64,000 bases of DNA, from the NCBI GenBank assembly GCA_029287915.1, contig JARFQE010000029.1, positions 7,245 to 71,244 of the forward strand, written 5' to 3'. Position numbers and translations under genes: made by a program. Below are positions 9,388-19,699 of this stretch, piece by piece. The notes below the pieces were generated by a model. The model saw only the letters and a list, made by a program, of their open reading frames with translations, made no database searches and was not told the DNA's origin. The stretch is from Arenicellales bacterium (GTDB taxonomy: Bacteria; Pseudomonadota; Gammaproteobacteria; BMS3Bbin11). The number at the start of each line of letters is the position of its first letter. The stretch's first letter is position 1.

Positions 9388-10494
9388 CTAGTTATACTGT
9401 GTTGCAGATTGCCTTGCCCGCCTGACAGCCTCCTGTAATGTTGAGGCGCCGCTTTGTTCGACACGTTGTGCCAAACCGCTAACAATCTCACCTATGATGC
9501 CAGGCCCGTGATAGATTAAACCGGTATAGATCTGCACCATTTCCGCACCTGCAAGTAATCGCTGCCAGGCATCTTCAGATGAAAAAATCCCGCCGACGCC
9601 AATGACAGGTACCTTACCTGCAAGTTCCTTATATAAAAGTTTAACAACTTCATTAGCTCTGTGTTTCAAAGGGGCACCGCTCATACCACCGTCTTCATCC
9701 GCGTACTGGCTTCCGGCAATTGCAGAATGGTCGATGGTAGTATTGGTTGCAATCACCGCATCAATGCCGTGTTGTACTAACAATCCGGCAAGTGATGGTA
9801 TTGTGACGTTATCAATATCAGGAGCTATTTTTACGGCCACAGGCACAGTGCGGCTGAATTCATCTGCAAGTTCCTGACGCATTGTCATTAACCTGTCAAG
9901 CAGGGCATCCAGTGCATCCTCAGATTGTAAATCACGCAGGTTTTTGGTGTTCGGCGAGGATATATTAATCGTAAAGTAGTCAGCATAGAGATAGAGTTGT
10001 TTCAAACCTGTTATGTAGTCTTCAGCGGCATGCTCGATCGGTGTTATGGCGTTTTTCCCCAGATTGATTCCAAGCGGTACTGTTTTTTCTGTCCTCGCGA
10101 TATTTTCCAGGAACGGTTTGATCCCGCCGCTATTAAATCCCATGCGATTGACAATTGCCTGATGTTCAGGAATGCGGAACATGCGCGGTTTAGGATTTCC
10201 TGACTGTGGTTTTGGTGTTACGGTGCCAAGTTCAAGGTGACCGAAACCAAGGGCTGAAAGTGCTCTAATACAGCGTGCTTCCTTGTCGAGGCCGGCCGCC
10301 AGGCCTACTGGTCCGGGAAAATGAATACCCATCAGTTCGACAGGAAGTTCGGGAACTCTGCTGCCATATAGTTGATTCAGCAGTGATTTTGTAACAGAAA
10401 ACCTGCCAGCCCGCGACAGCCATTCGACGGTGATTTCGTGGGCTAGTTCGGGATCGAGCCTGAACAGAAGTGGGCGCAGTAGTGATTTGTACAT
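9388..10494 (-). CDS. pyrD: Quinone-dependent dihydroorotate dehydrogenase
   Basis: GLAAGLDK, GTVTPKPQSGNPKPR, NRMGFN, NISSPNT, KIAPD, GGMSG, GVGGI. Confidence 0.95.
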   Translation of the reverse strand: MYKSLLRPLLFRLDPELAHEITVEWLSRAGRFSVTKSLLNQLYGSRVPELPVELMGIHFPGPVGLAAGLDKEARCIRALSALGFGHLELGTVTPKPQSGNPKPRMFRIPEHQAIVNRMGFNSGGIKPFLENIARTEKTVPLGINLGKNAITPIEHAAEDYITGLKQLYLYADYFTINISSPNTKNLRDLQSEDALDALLDRLMTMRQELADEFSRTVPVAVKIAPDIDNVTIPSLAGLLVQHGIDAVIATNTTIDHSAIAGSQYADEDGGMSGAPLKHRANEVVKLLYKELAGKVPVIGVGGIFSSEDAWQRLLAGAEMVQIYTGLIYHGPGIIGEIVSGLAQRVEQSGASTLQEAVRRARQSATQYN

Positions 10495-10654
10495 TATTTA
10501 AAGATCTGGATGGGAATGTTGAATGAGCATCGCCCTGGGTCGTTATTTATTCGCCTAAATTCGGTTGATGAAGCTAAGGTCGATCGAAATTGTATCCGGT
10601 TAGATGGCTAAGGAGAAACCAATCCTGCCAGACGATTTAATTAAATTAATGATT

Positions 10655-10668
10655 TTGATGTAGATCAA
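10655..10668. promoter_or_regulatory. FNR/Anr-type binding site
   Basis: TTGAT-GTAG-ATCAA, a perfect match to TTGAT-N4-ATCAA, in the pyrD/coxB divergent region. Confidence 0.8.
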
Positions 10669-10812
10669 GGAATTATTTATTTCAATCTCAACATATTCAT
10701 GGCTATTATTATCTCAAAATTAGGCACTAAAATGGGGCATTCAATAGAATATATTAATATTATTAATATCTTATAGTTGTGTGATTTAACTCAGTGTTTG
10801 TGCCAAATGCCC

Positions 10813-10841
10813 TTGTAAAAATGCGCATTAATAAGTAGCAT
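10813..10841 (+). promoter_or_regulatory. Putative sigma70 promoter for coxB
   Basis: TTGTAA-17 nt-TAGCAT about 140 nt upstream of the coxB ATG; found by visual match only. Confidence 0.45.
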
Positions 10842-10983
10842 ACGCGCCGTCGCTATCTGCAGGAGTGTAAAATCATGGCTAAATATTTACGCAATCCTGG
10901 CCAGCGTTGAAAGTACACATAAAAAAATTATTACACGAACAAATAAGCGAATTTTCATTAAATCTTTTAGTCAGGAGTAAATA

Positions 10984-12105
10984 ATGAGAGCAGCAATACG
11001 TGTTGCCGGCTTTATCAGCATGATGCTGTCCAGTTCTTTGGCACTGGCAGAATATAAACTTGATCTGGAACCCGGGGTGACAACATTCAGTCAGGGAGCA
11101 TACGAAATTCATACAATGGTGATGTGGATTTGCGTTGCCATTGGTGTTGTCGTGTTTGGTGCGATGACCTATGCGATCATCAAACACAGAAAGTCAAAAG
11201 GTCACGAAGCTGCCAGTTTCCATGACAATACAACACTGGAAATCGTCTGGACGATCGTCCCTTTCATTATCCTTGGGTTCATGGCTGTCCCGGCAACCAA
11301 AGTGCTGCTCAATATGGAAGATACCTCAAACTCTGATATGTCGGTTAAGATCACTGGCTACCAGTGGAAATGGCATTATGACTATCTCGGTGAAGACGTC
11401 AGCTTCTTTAGTAATATAACCACTCCTGATTCTCTCAGCCTGGCCACTAGCGCAAATGTCAAACAGGATGAAACTACCCTGCTGGATGTAGACAACAGGA
11501 TGGTGATTCCAGTCAACAAGAAAGTTAGACTACTGTTCACCTCCAATGATGTTATCCATGCCTGGTGGGTAAATGATTTTGGCGTAAAGAAAGATACGAT
11601 CCCCGGTTATATTAATGAAAGCTGGATCAAGACGGACAAGCCTGGTGTTTATCGTGGGCAGTGTGCTGAGCTTTGTGGTACTAACCATGGTTTCATGCCT
11701 ATCGTCGTCGAGGTCAAATCTGAAGAAGACTACCTTGACTGGTTAGCAGGTAAAAAAGCCGCTGCGGCAGAAGCAGCGGCGAGTGCTGAAAAAACCTGGA
11801 CCAAGGATGAGCTGATGGCACAGGGAGAAAAAGTCTACGCAACGAACTGTGGAGCCTGTCACCAGGCTTCAGGTCAGGGCATACCAAATGTTTTCCCTGG
11901 TCTAGTAGGCAGCCCGATAATCATGGGTGATGTGGCCAAGCATATTGATGTTATAGTAAATGGTGTTTCCGGAACGGCAATGCAGGCATTTGGTGGACAG
12001 CTTAATGACGCAGACATCGCCGCAGTTGTAACCTATGAGCGGAATGCCTGGGGCAATGACACCGGGGATGTGATTCAGCCATCGGATATCAAAGCGGCAC
12101 GTTAA
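10984..12105 (+). CDS. coxB: Cytochrome c oxidase subunit II with fused C-terminal cytochrome c
   Basis: DVIHAWW and CAELCGTNHGFM CuA ligands; CGACH heme c motif; AGGAG RBS. Confidence 0.95.
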   Translation: MRAAIRVAGFISMMLSSSLALAEYKLDLEPGVTTFSQGAYEIHTMVMWICVAIGVVVFGAMTYAIIKHRKSKGHEAASFHDNTTLEIVWTIVPFIILGFMAVPATKVLLNMEDTSNSDMSVKITGYQWKWHYDYLGEDVSFFSNITTPDSLSLATSANVKQDETTLLDVDNRMVIPVNKKVRLLFTSNDVIHAWWVNDFGVKKDTIPGYINESWIKTDKPGVYRGQCAELCGTNHGFMPIVVEVKSEEDYLDWLAGKKAAAAEAAASAEKTWTKDELMAQGEKVYATNCGACHQASGQGIPNVFPGLVGSPIIMGDVAKHIDVIVNGVSGTAMQAFGGQLNDADIAAVVTYERNAWGNDTGDVIQPSDIKAAR

Positions 12106-12166
12106 GTTACAGATAAACTAAGAAAATTATTCACTGAAATAATATTTTAAGATAAAAGAGGCAATT

Positions 12167-13768
12167 ATGAGCGCTGTTATCGAAGAGCATCACGAAGAGC
12201 ATCACGATCACAAACCGACAGGGATCGGCCGCTGGCTGTTCAGTACCAACCATAAGGACATTGGTACCATGTATCTCTGTTTCAGCTTTCTCATGCTGTT
12301 TATCGGCGGCGCGATGGCACTGGTTATCCGTGCCGAGCTGTTTCAGCCAGGGCTGCAGTTTGTAGAACCTGAATTCTTCAATCAGATGACCACGCTGCAT
12401 GGGCTGATCATGGTATTCGGTGTGATCATGCCTGCCTTCGTTGGTCTGGCGAACTGGATGGTGCCAATGATGATCGGTGCCCCGGACATGGCCCTGCCAA
12501 GGATGAACAACTGGAGTTTCTGGTTATTGCCCGGTGCATTTGGCATACTGATCGCTAGTCTGGTAATGAGCATCATGGGTATGGGTTCAGCACCGAACTT
12601 CGGCTGGACATTCTATGCCCCGCTGTCAACCAAGTATGGTCCTGCAAGTACCGATTTCTTCATATTCTCGGTGCACATGATGGGAATTTCATCCATCATG
12701 GGTGCAATCAACATTATTGCCACAATCATGAATTTAAGAGCGCCGGGCATGACTTACATGAAGATGCCTATCTTCGTCTGGACATGGTTCATTACTGCCT
12801 ATCTGCTGATTGCAGTAATGCCGGTTCTCGCCGGTGCGGTAACGATGATGTTGACTGACCGCAATTTTGGCACCAGTTTCTTCGATGCTGCCGGTGGCGG
12901 CGACCCGGTTATGTTTCAGCATATTTTCTGGTTCTTCGGTCATCCTGAAGTGTATATTATGATTCTGCCGGCTTTCGGCGTGATCTCCCAGATCATTCCG
13001 ACTTTTGCCAGGAAGAAAATATTCGGCTACAGCTCAATGGTGTATGCGACCTCGTCAATCGCCTTCCTGTCATTCATCGTCTGGGCACATCACATGTTCA
13101 CAACAGGTATGCCAGTTACAGCGGAACTGTTTTTTATGTACGCAACAATGCTGATTGCTGTACCGACAGGCGTTAAAGTTTTCAACTGGGTCAGTACGAT
13201 GTGGAAAGGTTCGATGACCTTTGAAACACCGATGCTGTTCGCCGTCGCATTTATTATTATGTTTACTATCGGCGGCTTCACCGGTTTGATGCTGGCTATT
13301 GCACCAGCTGATTTCCAGTACCACGATACCTATTTCGTTGTTGCGCATTTCCATTACGTACTGGTGAATGGTGCGCTGTACTCAATCTTCGCAGCGGTAT
13401 ACTTCTGGCTGCCGAAATGGACAGGGAACATGTACGATGAAAAACTCGGCAAGCTCCATTTCTGGGTATCGACGATCTCAGTCAACCTGCTGTTCTTCCC
13501 GATGCATTTCGTTGGTCTCGCAGGCATGCCGCGGCGTATTCCGGATTACAACATGCAGTTTGCAGAGTTTAACCAGTGGGCGACCGTTGGCGCATTCATC
13601 TTCGGCTTCTCGCAGCTGATCCTGCTATACAACATTGTAAAAACTGTTCGTGGACGTCGTACTGTAAAAGCGACCGATCAGGTATGGGAAGGTGCGGATG
13701 GCCTTGAATGGACCCTGCCTTCTCCGGCTCCATTCCACAGCTTTACAACACCGCCAACAGTAAAATAA
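12167..13768 (+). CDS. coxA: Cytochrome c oxidase subunit I (A1 type)
   Basis: TNHKDIG, PDMALPRMNN, WFFGHPEVY (A1 Glu), WAHHM, VAHFHYV, GVKVFNW. Confidence 0.97.
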   Translation: MSAVIEEHHEEHHDHKPTGIGRWLFSTNHKDIGTMYLCFSFLMLFIGGAMALVIRAELFQPGLQFVEPEFFNQMTTLHGLIMVFGVIMPAFVGLANWMVPMMIGAPDMALPRMNNWSFWLLPGAFGILIASLVMSIMGMGSAPNFGWTFYAPLSTKYGPASTDFFIFSVHMMGISSIMGAINIIATIMNLRAPGMTYMKMPIFVWTWFITAYLLIAVMPVLAGAVTMMLTDRNFGTSFFDAAGGGDPVMFQHIFWFFGHPEVYIMILPAFGVISQIIPTFARKKIFGYSSMVYATSSIAFLSFIVWAHHMFTTGMPVTAELFFMYATMLIAVPTGVKVFNWVSTMWKGSMTFETPMLFAVAFIIMFTIGGFTGLMLAIAPADFQYHDTYFVVAHFHYVLVNGALYSIFAAVYFWLPKWTGNMYDEKLGKLHFWVSTISVNLLFFPMHFVGLAGMPRRIPDYNMQFAEFNQWATVGAFIFGFSQLILLYNIVKTVRGRRTVKATDQVWEGADGLEWTLPSPAPFHSFTTPPTVK

Positions 13769-13777
13769 TCAACAGTA

Positions 13778-14374
13778 ATGTCTGAAAAACCGAACAACGA
13801 AAAGGCGGACAACAGCAGGATCATTACGCGTTTAGTGTTCCTTGTTGTCGGCATGTTCGGGTTTGGTTTTGCCCTGGTCCCGCTGTACGATGTTTTCTGT
13901 GATGTTACTGGCCTGAATGGCAAGACCGGGGAGCAGGTAAAATCAGTCGAGACATTCAGGATAGATGAGCAAAGAAGTATCAAAGTAGAGTTTCTGGCTA
14001 ATCTGAATGAAGACATGCCGTGGGAGTTCAAGCCGCTGCAGAATTCGGTCACAATACATCCGGGGCAACCGGTCAAGATCGACTACCTGGTAAGAAACAT
14101 GACAGCTAAGGATATTATCGGACAGGCAATTCCAAGCGTATCACCCGGGCTGGCTGCCAAGTATCTGCAGAAGACAGAGTGCTTCTGTTTTACGGAACAG
14201 GTTCTAAAAGCGGGTGAAGAAAAGATTATGCCGGTCATTTTTGTAGTAGATCCGTCGCTATCTGCGGATATACATGAAATGACACTGTCATACACGTTTT
14301 TTGTGAAACCAGGTACGGAGGGAGCGGATAGAGGAGTAAAAGTTTCTTCTGTCAGCAAAGCTTTGGCGAATTAA
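13778..14374 (+). CDS. ctaG: Cytochrome c oxidase assembly protein CtaG/Cox11
   Basis: VPLYDVFCDVTGLNGKT, KTECFCF copper motif, TLSYTF. Confidence 0.92.
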   Translation: MSEKPNNEKADNSRIITRLVFLVVGMFGFGFALVPLYDVFCDVTGLNGKTGEQVKSVETFRIDEQRSIKVEFLANLNEDMPWEFKPLQNSVTIHPGQPVKIDYLVRNMTAKDIIGQAIPSVSPGLAAKYLQKTECFCFTEQVLKAGEEKIMPVIFVVDPSLSADIHEMTLSYTFFVKPGTEGADRGVKVSSVSKALAN

Positions 14375-14402
14375 ATTCATAATTATCTAGGGAATAATAA
14401 AG

Positions 14403-15278
14403 ATGTCTACCACAAACCATGGCGATTATTACATACCAGAACCTAGCAAGTGGCCTATTGTCGGGACCATAGCCCTGACGACAGCGGTTATTGGCGCAGT
14501 GACTTCGATACATGGCGGTTCCATCAACTGGGTTCTGCCTGTCGGTATGCTGCTGATCGTGTACCTGTTTTATGGCTGGTTCGGTGCTGTCATTGATGAA
14601 TCGATGGCCAACAATTACAACGAACAGGTCGACAGGTCTTTCCGCATCGGAATGCTCTGGTTTATTTTCTCGGAAGTCATGTTTTTCGCGGCATTCTTCG
14701 GCGCACTGTTCTATGCGCGCATGATTGCCGTGCCATGGCTGGGTGGTGCCGGCAACAATGCAATGACCAACGAACTGCTGTGGCCGGGATTCGAAGCTGC
14801 CTGGCCATTGCTAAGCAACCCAGACAATTCACTGTTCACGGCACCTAAGGAAGCAATGCATGCACTGGGTCTGCCTGCAATCAATACGGCGCTGCTGCTG
14901 GCATCCAGTGTGACAATAACCATTGCACATCATGCACTGCGTGCAGGTCATCGCAAACCACTGAAAATCTGGCTTGGCGCTACCATCATTCTCGGTATCG
15001 TCTTCCTTTTCTTGCAGGTAGAAGAATATATGATTGCCTACAGGGAAATGGGGCTGACCCTGTCTTCAGGCGTTTACGGCAGCACCTTCTTCTTGTTGAC
15101 CGGCTTCCATGGCTTCCATGTCACCATGGGTGCGACCATGCTGCTGATTATTTTTATTCGTGTGTTGAAGGGGCACTTCACTCCGGAAAAACACTTCGCG
15201 TTCGAAGCAGTTGCCTGGTACTGGCACTTTGTCGATGTGGTCTGGCTTGGCCTTTATATCTTCGTATACTGGCTATAA
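14403..15278 (+). CDS. coxC: Cytochrome c oxidase subunit III
   Basis: FIFSEVMFF, NTALLLASS, GFHGFHV, WYWHFVDVVW. Confidence 0.96.
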   Translation: MSTTNHGDYYIPEPSKWPIVGTIALTTAVIGAVTSIHGGSINWVLPVGMLLIVYLFYGWFGAVIDESMANNYNEQVDRSFRIGMLWFIFSEVMFFAAFFGALFYARMIAVPWLGGAGNNAMTNELLWPGFEAAWPLLSNPDNSLFTAPKEAMHALGLPAINTALLLASSVTITIAHHALRAGHRKPLKIWLGATIILGIVFLFLQVEEYMIAYREMGLTLSSGVYGSTFFLLTGFHGFHVTMGATMLLIIFIRVLKGHFTPEKHFAFEAVAWYWHFVDVVWLGLYIFVYWL

Positions 15279-15297
15279 GAGACTGGCAAGAAATGCT

Positions 15298-15322
15298 TTG
15301 ACTGCACGTTAAGGGCAGTCAA
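15298..15322. terminator. Hairpin between convergent coxC and DUF2909
   Basis: TTGACTGC-9 nt-GCAGTCAA perfect 8-bp stem; the flanking U-tracts are weak. Confidence 0.5.
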
Positions 15323-15337
15323 CAAACAAGCAGATCA

Positions 15338-15544
15338 TTACAGGCCATGGGAGGTAATCACCCCCGTGGCCTGTCCTATTATTAACAGGATAAAAAGAAA
15401 GACGGACAGTCCTATTCGCCAGGACAGCGATCTCACCATCTTGCCAGAGGTGTCACCCTTGATCATGCTGAAGAGCGCCGAAAACAGACTGATCATGATC
15501 AGTAAAAGCATAAATAGCACAATGTACTTGTATATCGGTGACAT
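15338..15544 (-). CDS. DUF2909 twin-transmembrane small protein
   Basis: Two TM helices, MVRSLSWRIGLSV..F motif, antisense position between coxC and SURF1 typical of these clusters. Confidence 0.8.
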   Translation of the reverse strand: MSPIYKYIVLFMLLLIMISLFSALFSMIKGDTSGKMVRSLSWRIGLSVFLFILLIIGQATGVITSHGL

Positions 15545-15582
15545 AAATATCTCTTTTGTGAAAACGTATTCGTGAATATTCT

Positions 15583-16359
15583 ATGATGTGGTTCCTTAAT
15601 GTCCGCCTGTTCAGTCTTCATATAGGAAGGTTTAACTTCAGTCCCGGGTTGTTCATGACAGTACTGACCTTTGCCATTGTATATACAATGTATTCGCTTG
15701 GACTGTGGCAATTATCACGCGCGAAGTATAAAGATAATCTGCAGCAGAAAATAGTCGAGCGTCAAAATAAACCGGCTGTCAATTATAACCAGATACCTTA
15801 CGAAGAAGACGAGAGATTATATTTACCCATAAAGATTCGCGGTAAATATGATAGCAAGCATATAGTGTTGCTTGATAACAGGATTGTCGACGGTGTGGTG
15901 GGTTATGATGTCTATACTCCTTTCACGATGTCAAATGGCACTGCAGTTCTGGTGAATCGGGGATTCATTCCACAGGGAAAATCCAGGCAGGATCTACCGC
16001 ATATTGCAACGCCCGAAGTAGATATTGACATCCAGGGGATCCTCGAAAAACCACCATCAAAGGGTGTCATCCTTGCAGAAAACCTGCACACATCGATCAG
16101 CTGGCCGATGGTTATGCAATATATCGATATTGAAGAAATTGAGACGAAATTATCTATAGATTTGATGGATATGATTGTACGTCTCGACAGCAATGAAGCA
16201 GGTGGATTGATATATAATCAGCCAGTTGTGAACCTGAACAGCTCAAAAAATTACGGCTATGCTTTTCAGTGGTTTGCAATGATGACAGCGGTCTTCAGCC
16301 TTTTTCTAGTAATGAATACAAAAAAGCGGACAAAAGCAGATGAATCAACCAGCAAATAA
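15583..16359 (+). CDS. SURF1 family protein
   Basis: LGLWQLSRA, LLDN, VLVNRGFIP, NYGYAFQWF. Confidence 0.9.
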   Translation: MMWFLNVRLFSLHIGRFNFSPGLFMTVLTFAIVYTMYSLGLWQLSRAKYKDNLQQKIVERQNKPAVNYNQIPYEEDERLYLPIKIRGKYDSKHIVLLDNRIVDGVVGYDVYTPFTMSNGTAVLVNRGFIPQGKSRQDLPHIATPEVDIDIQGILEKPPSKGVILAENLHTSISWPMVMQYIDIEEIETKLSIDLMDMIVRLDSNEAGGLIYNQPVVNLNSSKNYGYAFQWFAMMTAVFSLFLVMNTKKRTKADESTSK

Positions 16360-16936
16360 TGTAGAGAACAGAAATCCATATACCCTCTGGTTTGTTGTAC
16401 TTGCATTTGTTGCCCCAGTGATACTGGCATATATCTTATATTTCTCCGGTGCCATCAAGACTTTTGCCAATCATGGTGAAATCCTTGATCCAGTAGTTGA
16501 TATAGTCAAGCTGGAACTGATGGACGATAAGGATATATCTATACCCCGGGATAGTTTCACCCGGAAATGGCGGCTGATTTCATTTGTCGGTAGTAATTGT
16601 GATGAATCATGCAATGCCAAACTATATGATGTCCGCCAGGTCCATATATCCCTGGGTAAGGACCAGGACCGAGTTGAAAGACTGATTGTGCACCTCGAGC
16701 CGCCGTCCGAGCAGCTGATTCAACTGTTAAGGAAGGAATATCCGAAAGCGATTAATGTTTACGGCGATGAAAAGAAGATTTCTGCAGCTCTGGGTAAAGA
16801 TGCGATGATAGGCGAGAATGAACTTTACATAATGGATCCAATAGGAAATGTAATGATGCGCTTCACACAGGATCAGTCGAAAAAAGATTTCCAGTCAGAT
16901 CTAAAAAAATTACTAAAAGTATCGCAAATCGGCTGA
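16340..16936 (+). CDS. Cytochrome oxidase-associated membrane-anchored thioredoxin-fold protein
   Basis: N-terminal TM, NHGEIL, CDESC (CxxxC), RQVH..LGKDQDRV, DPIGNVMMRF; usual position after SURF1. Confidence 0.65.
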   Translation: MNQPANNVENRNPYTLWFVVLAFVAPVILAYILYFSGAIKTFANHGEILDPVVDIVKLELMDDKDISIPRDSFTRKWRLISFVGSNCDESCNAKLYDVRQVHISLGKDQDRVERLIVHLEPPSEQLIQLLRKEYPKAINVYGDEKKISAALGKDAMIGENELYIMDPIGNVMMRFTQDQSKKDFQSDLKKLLKVSQIG

Positions 16937-16970
16937 GCCTGCCTAATTTACAGACCTCTATATCAAGGTA

Positions 16971-17867
16971 ATGGGAATAGATTCTACAAAAAAAGAGCAG
17001 GCGAAATGGAAAGCTTATTTCGATCTCTGCAAACCCCGCGTAGTTGCCTTACTGGTAATCACAGCTATGGTTGGTGTAGTTCTTGCCAGTCCTCCTGGTG
17101 AGCTGTCGCTGTTCATTCTGGTCGTTTCATCAATCGGTATAGGGCTTGGTGCTGCCGCTGGGGCGGTGATCAATCAGCTGGTTGAGCGAGAATCAGATGC
17201 GAAGATGGCGCGTACAGAAGGCCGGCCACTGCCTCAGGGCAAGCTCGATCAGCAACATGCTTTCGTTTTTGCGTTATTACTGGCGGCTAGTTCTGTCTTT
17301 ATTCTGACCGCCTGGGTCAATGTATTAACCGCCATCCTCACCTTCGTCAGCATGATCGGGTACGCGGTGATTTATACCATGTACCTGAAAAAGGCAACTC
17401 CGCAGAACATTGTTATTGGAGGGCTGGCTGGAGCGACACCGCCACTGCTGGGCTGGACATCAGTGACCAATAGTATAGACCCGCAGGGGCTGCTTCTGGT
17501 CCTGATTATCTACACCTGGACTCCACCACATTTCTGGGCGCTTGCAATACATCGCCGTGACGATTATGCAAAGGTGAACCTGCCAATGCTTCCGGTAACC
17601 CATGGGATCGAGTTTACCAAATTTTCAATACTAGGCTACACGATCATCATGATACTGGTTACACTACTGCCCTACCTGATCTTCATGAGTGGCTGGATAT
17701 ATTTACTATCTGCAACGGTGCTAAATCTTTATTTTCTATATATGGTCCTGCTGCTGACTTTCAGTAAAAAGGAAAATGCAGCAATCAAAACATTTGTTTA
17801 CTCCATAAATTATTTACTGTTGCTTTTTATTTCCATGGTCGTTGATCATTACCTTGTAGTTATCTGA
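16971..17867 (+). CDS. cyoE: Protoheme IX farnesyltransferase (heme O synthase)
   Basis: KPRVVALL, DAKMARTEGRPLP, QNIVIGG, WTPPHFWALA..R..DY. Confidence 0.95.
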   Translation: MGIDSTKKEQAKWKAYFDLCKPRVVALLVITAMVGVVLASPPGELSLFILVVSSIGIGLGAAAGAVINQLVERESDAKMARTEGRPLPQGKLDQQHAFVFALLLAASSVFILTAWVNVLTAILTFVSMIGYAVIYTMYLKKATPQNIVIGGLAGATPPLLGWTSVTNSIDPQGLLLVLIIYTWTPPHFWALAIHRRDDYAKVNLPMLPVTHGIEFTKFSILGYTIIMILVTLLPYLIFMSGWIYLLSATVLNLYFLYMVLLLTFSKKENAAIKTFVYSINYLLLLFISMVVDHYLVVI

Positions 17868-17877
17868 GATTATTGCT

Positions 17878-18555
17878 ATGAAACCTGGCGTTAGAAATAC
17901 TGTCCTGATTTTGGTTGTTGTTGTGCTATCAATTGCCGCCGGCAGCTTCTTTTCGATAAGAAATAAGATGGCTGAAAAGGAAGAAGCGGCACTGGCAGAG
18001 CGACAGAAATATGCAAACATACAGGGAAATGTCCTGTCGCCGGTACGCAGGATTGCTGTGCCCGTACTTGAACAGCATGACGGGACACCTTTCACGATTG
18101 AATCTCTACAGGGCCACTGGAGTATTCTGTTTTTTGGTTTTACCCATTGTTCGGAAATCTGTCCGGCAGCGATGAGTGTTCTTGCACAGGCTAAAAAGAT
18201 GGCAGAAAAGCAGAATGTTGAATTTCCGCAAGTGGTTCTTGTTTCTGTCGATCCGGAACGAGATGATCTGAAGGCACTTGGCAAGTTTGTTACCGGCTTT
18301 GATAGTGACTTCAGCGGTGTTACCGGTGATCCCGAGCTAATAAAGGCATTGTCATTACAGATGAGCGTGATCTATATGCGTGCTCGGTCGGATAACAAAA
18401 ATGATGAAAAGAAAGAAGATGAAAATTATCAGATCGATCACAGTGCCGCACTGTTGCTGTTGAATAAACAGGGCAACCTAGTTGCTTTTCTTAATCCTCC
18501 CCACACTCCCGAGAAGGTTCTTCAAGACGTCAGAACTATCATTGATGAGAGCTGA
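17878..18555 (+). CDS. SCO family copper chaperone
   Basis: FGFTHCSEICP (CxxxC), VSVDPERD, IDHSA. Confidence 0.92.
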   Translation: MKPGVRNTVLILVVVVLSIAAGSFFSIRNKMAEKEEAALAERQKYANIQGNVLSPVRRIAVPVLEQHDGTPFTIESLQGHWSILFFGFTHCSEICPAAMSVLAQAKKMAEKQNVEFPQVVLVSVDPERDDLKALGKFVTGFDSDFSGVTGDPELIKALSLQMSVIYMRARSDNKNDEKKEDENYQIDHSAALLLLNKQGNLVAFLNPPHTPEKVLQDVRTIIDES

Positions 18556-18612
18556 TCCAGACGGATATAGTAGCTAAGAAGGCATAATACCTCGTGGCGG
18601 TGATAACGGACT

Positions 18613-18840
18613 TTATGCGGCTGCTGCCGACATGACCAGCTTAACTATCCCTATGACTGCGAGAACAAAAAGTATTGCGAAGAGGATTCCACCAATAATG
18701 AAATGATGGAATTTTCCGTGTTTGAAATCCCGTTCACGGTTTGCATTGGTTTGTACACCAAAGGCGCCTGCAAACAGGCTTCCGATCAGAGACAAGGTAG
18801 ATAACTTCTTTTCTTCGTGTTGCTCATTTTCATTATTCAT
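18613..18840 (-). CDS. DUF2970 small membrane protein
   Basis: AFGVQ...NRERDF..G....FII pattern with a C-terminal TM; this family is usually found near cox genes. Confidence 0.75.
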   Translation of the reverse strand: MNNENEQHEEKKLSTLSLIGSLFAGAFGVQTNANRERDFKHGKFHHFIIGGILFAILFVLAVIGIVKLVMSAAAA

Positions 18841-18943
18841 TTTTTTACATCAACCAGTTTTCCTTAGTTGAAAGAATATTAGTGTTTGCTAATGACTAAT
18901 TCAAGCTTTAACTATCCTCATTTAACTGAAAATGGGCAGCTCT

Positions 18944-19699
18944 CTAGAAATGTTCATCTTGACGGAGATAACGCCACTTTCCACCTGGCAGGTCACCCAG
19001 TTGTATATTTCCTATTCGTGTGCGTGTGAGGCCGGTGACTTTTAAACCAACCTCTTCGCACATGCGGCGAATCTGGCGTTTTTTCCCTTCGGTAAGAATG
19101 AACTTCAGGCGTGTTGGATTGAGTTGTATGACCGTTGCGGGCTTCAGTGCTTTGCCGTCCAGGTGGATGCCATGACGTAAGCGATCGAGTGTCTGGTCAG
19201 TAATTTCTCCCTTAACCCAGACCAGGTACTCCTTTTCAATTTTACTATCAGCTCCTATCAACTTGCGTGCAATGACCCCATCCTGGGTCAAAACCAGCAA
19301 ACCACGAGAATCAATATCCAGTCGTCCTGCTGGTGCCAGTCCCTGCAGAATGCGTGTGTTGAATTTTTTTTTCTCCCACGGCGATGAAAGGTGCTGATTC
19401 TGTGGCAGGATGAGCCGGATAGCCGGCTTCTGTCCTCTTTCAGCCTGTCCTGAAACCACACCAACAGGTTTGTTTAGTAAGATTGTGACGCGTGCCTGCT
19501 GCTGTTCAGCAGCGCTCTTTGTCAGGGTGATGATCTGTGCCGGGTATACCCTGGTGCCTAGTTTATCTACCACCTTTCCATCAACCATCACCAGTCCCTG
19601 CTCAATGTACCTATCGGCCTCGCGTCGCGAACAAATACCCCGTTGCGACATTAGCTTCGACAGCCGTACCGCTTGATTTTCTGTATTATTATTATTCAC
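18944..19699 (-). CDS. rRNA pseudouridine synthase (RsuA/RluF family) with S4 domain
   Basis: [33 protein letters not shown] catalytic Asp, [10 protein letters not shown]. Confidence 0.9.
   Translation of the reverse strand: MNNNNTENQAVRLSKLMSQRGICSRREADRYIEQGLVMVDGKVVDKLGTRVYPAQIITLTKSAAEQQQARVTILLNKPVGVVSGQAERGQKPAIRLILPQNQHLSSPWEKKKFNTRILQGLAPAGRLDIDSRGLLVLTQDGVIARKLIGADSKIEKEYLVWVKGEITDQTLDRLRHGIHLDGKALKPATVIQLNPTRLKFILTEGKKRQIRRMCEEVGLKVTGLTRTRIGNIQLGDLPGGKWRYLRQDEHF

Noticed and set aside
12182-12211. GAAGAGCATCAC tandem repeat at the coxA N-terminus
   Set aside because: His-rich N-termini are common in proteobacterial CoxA.
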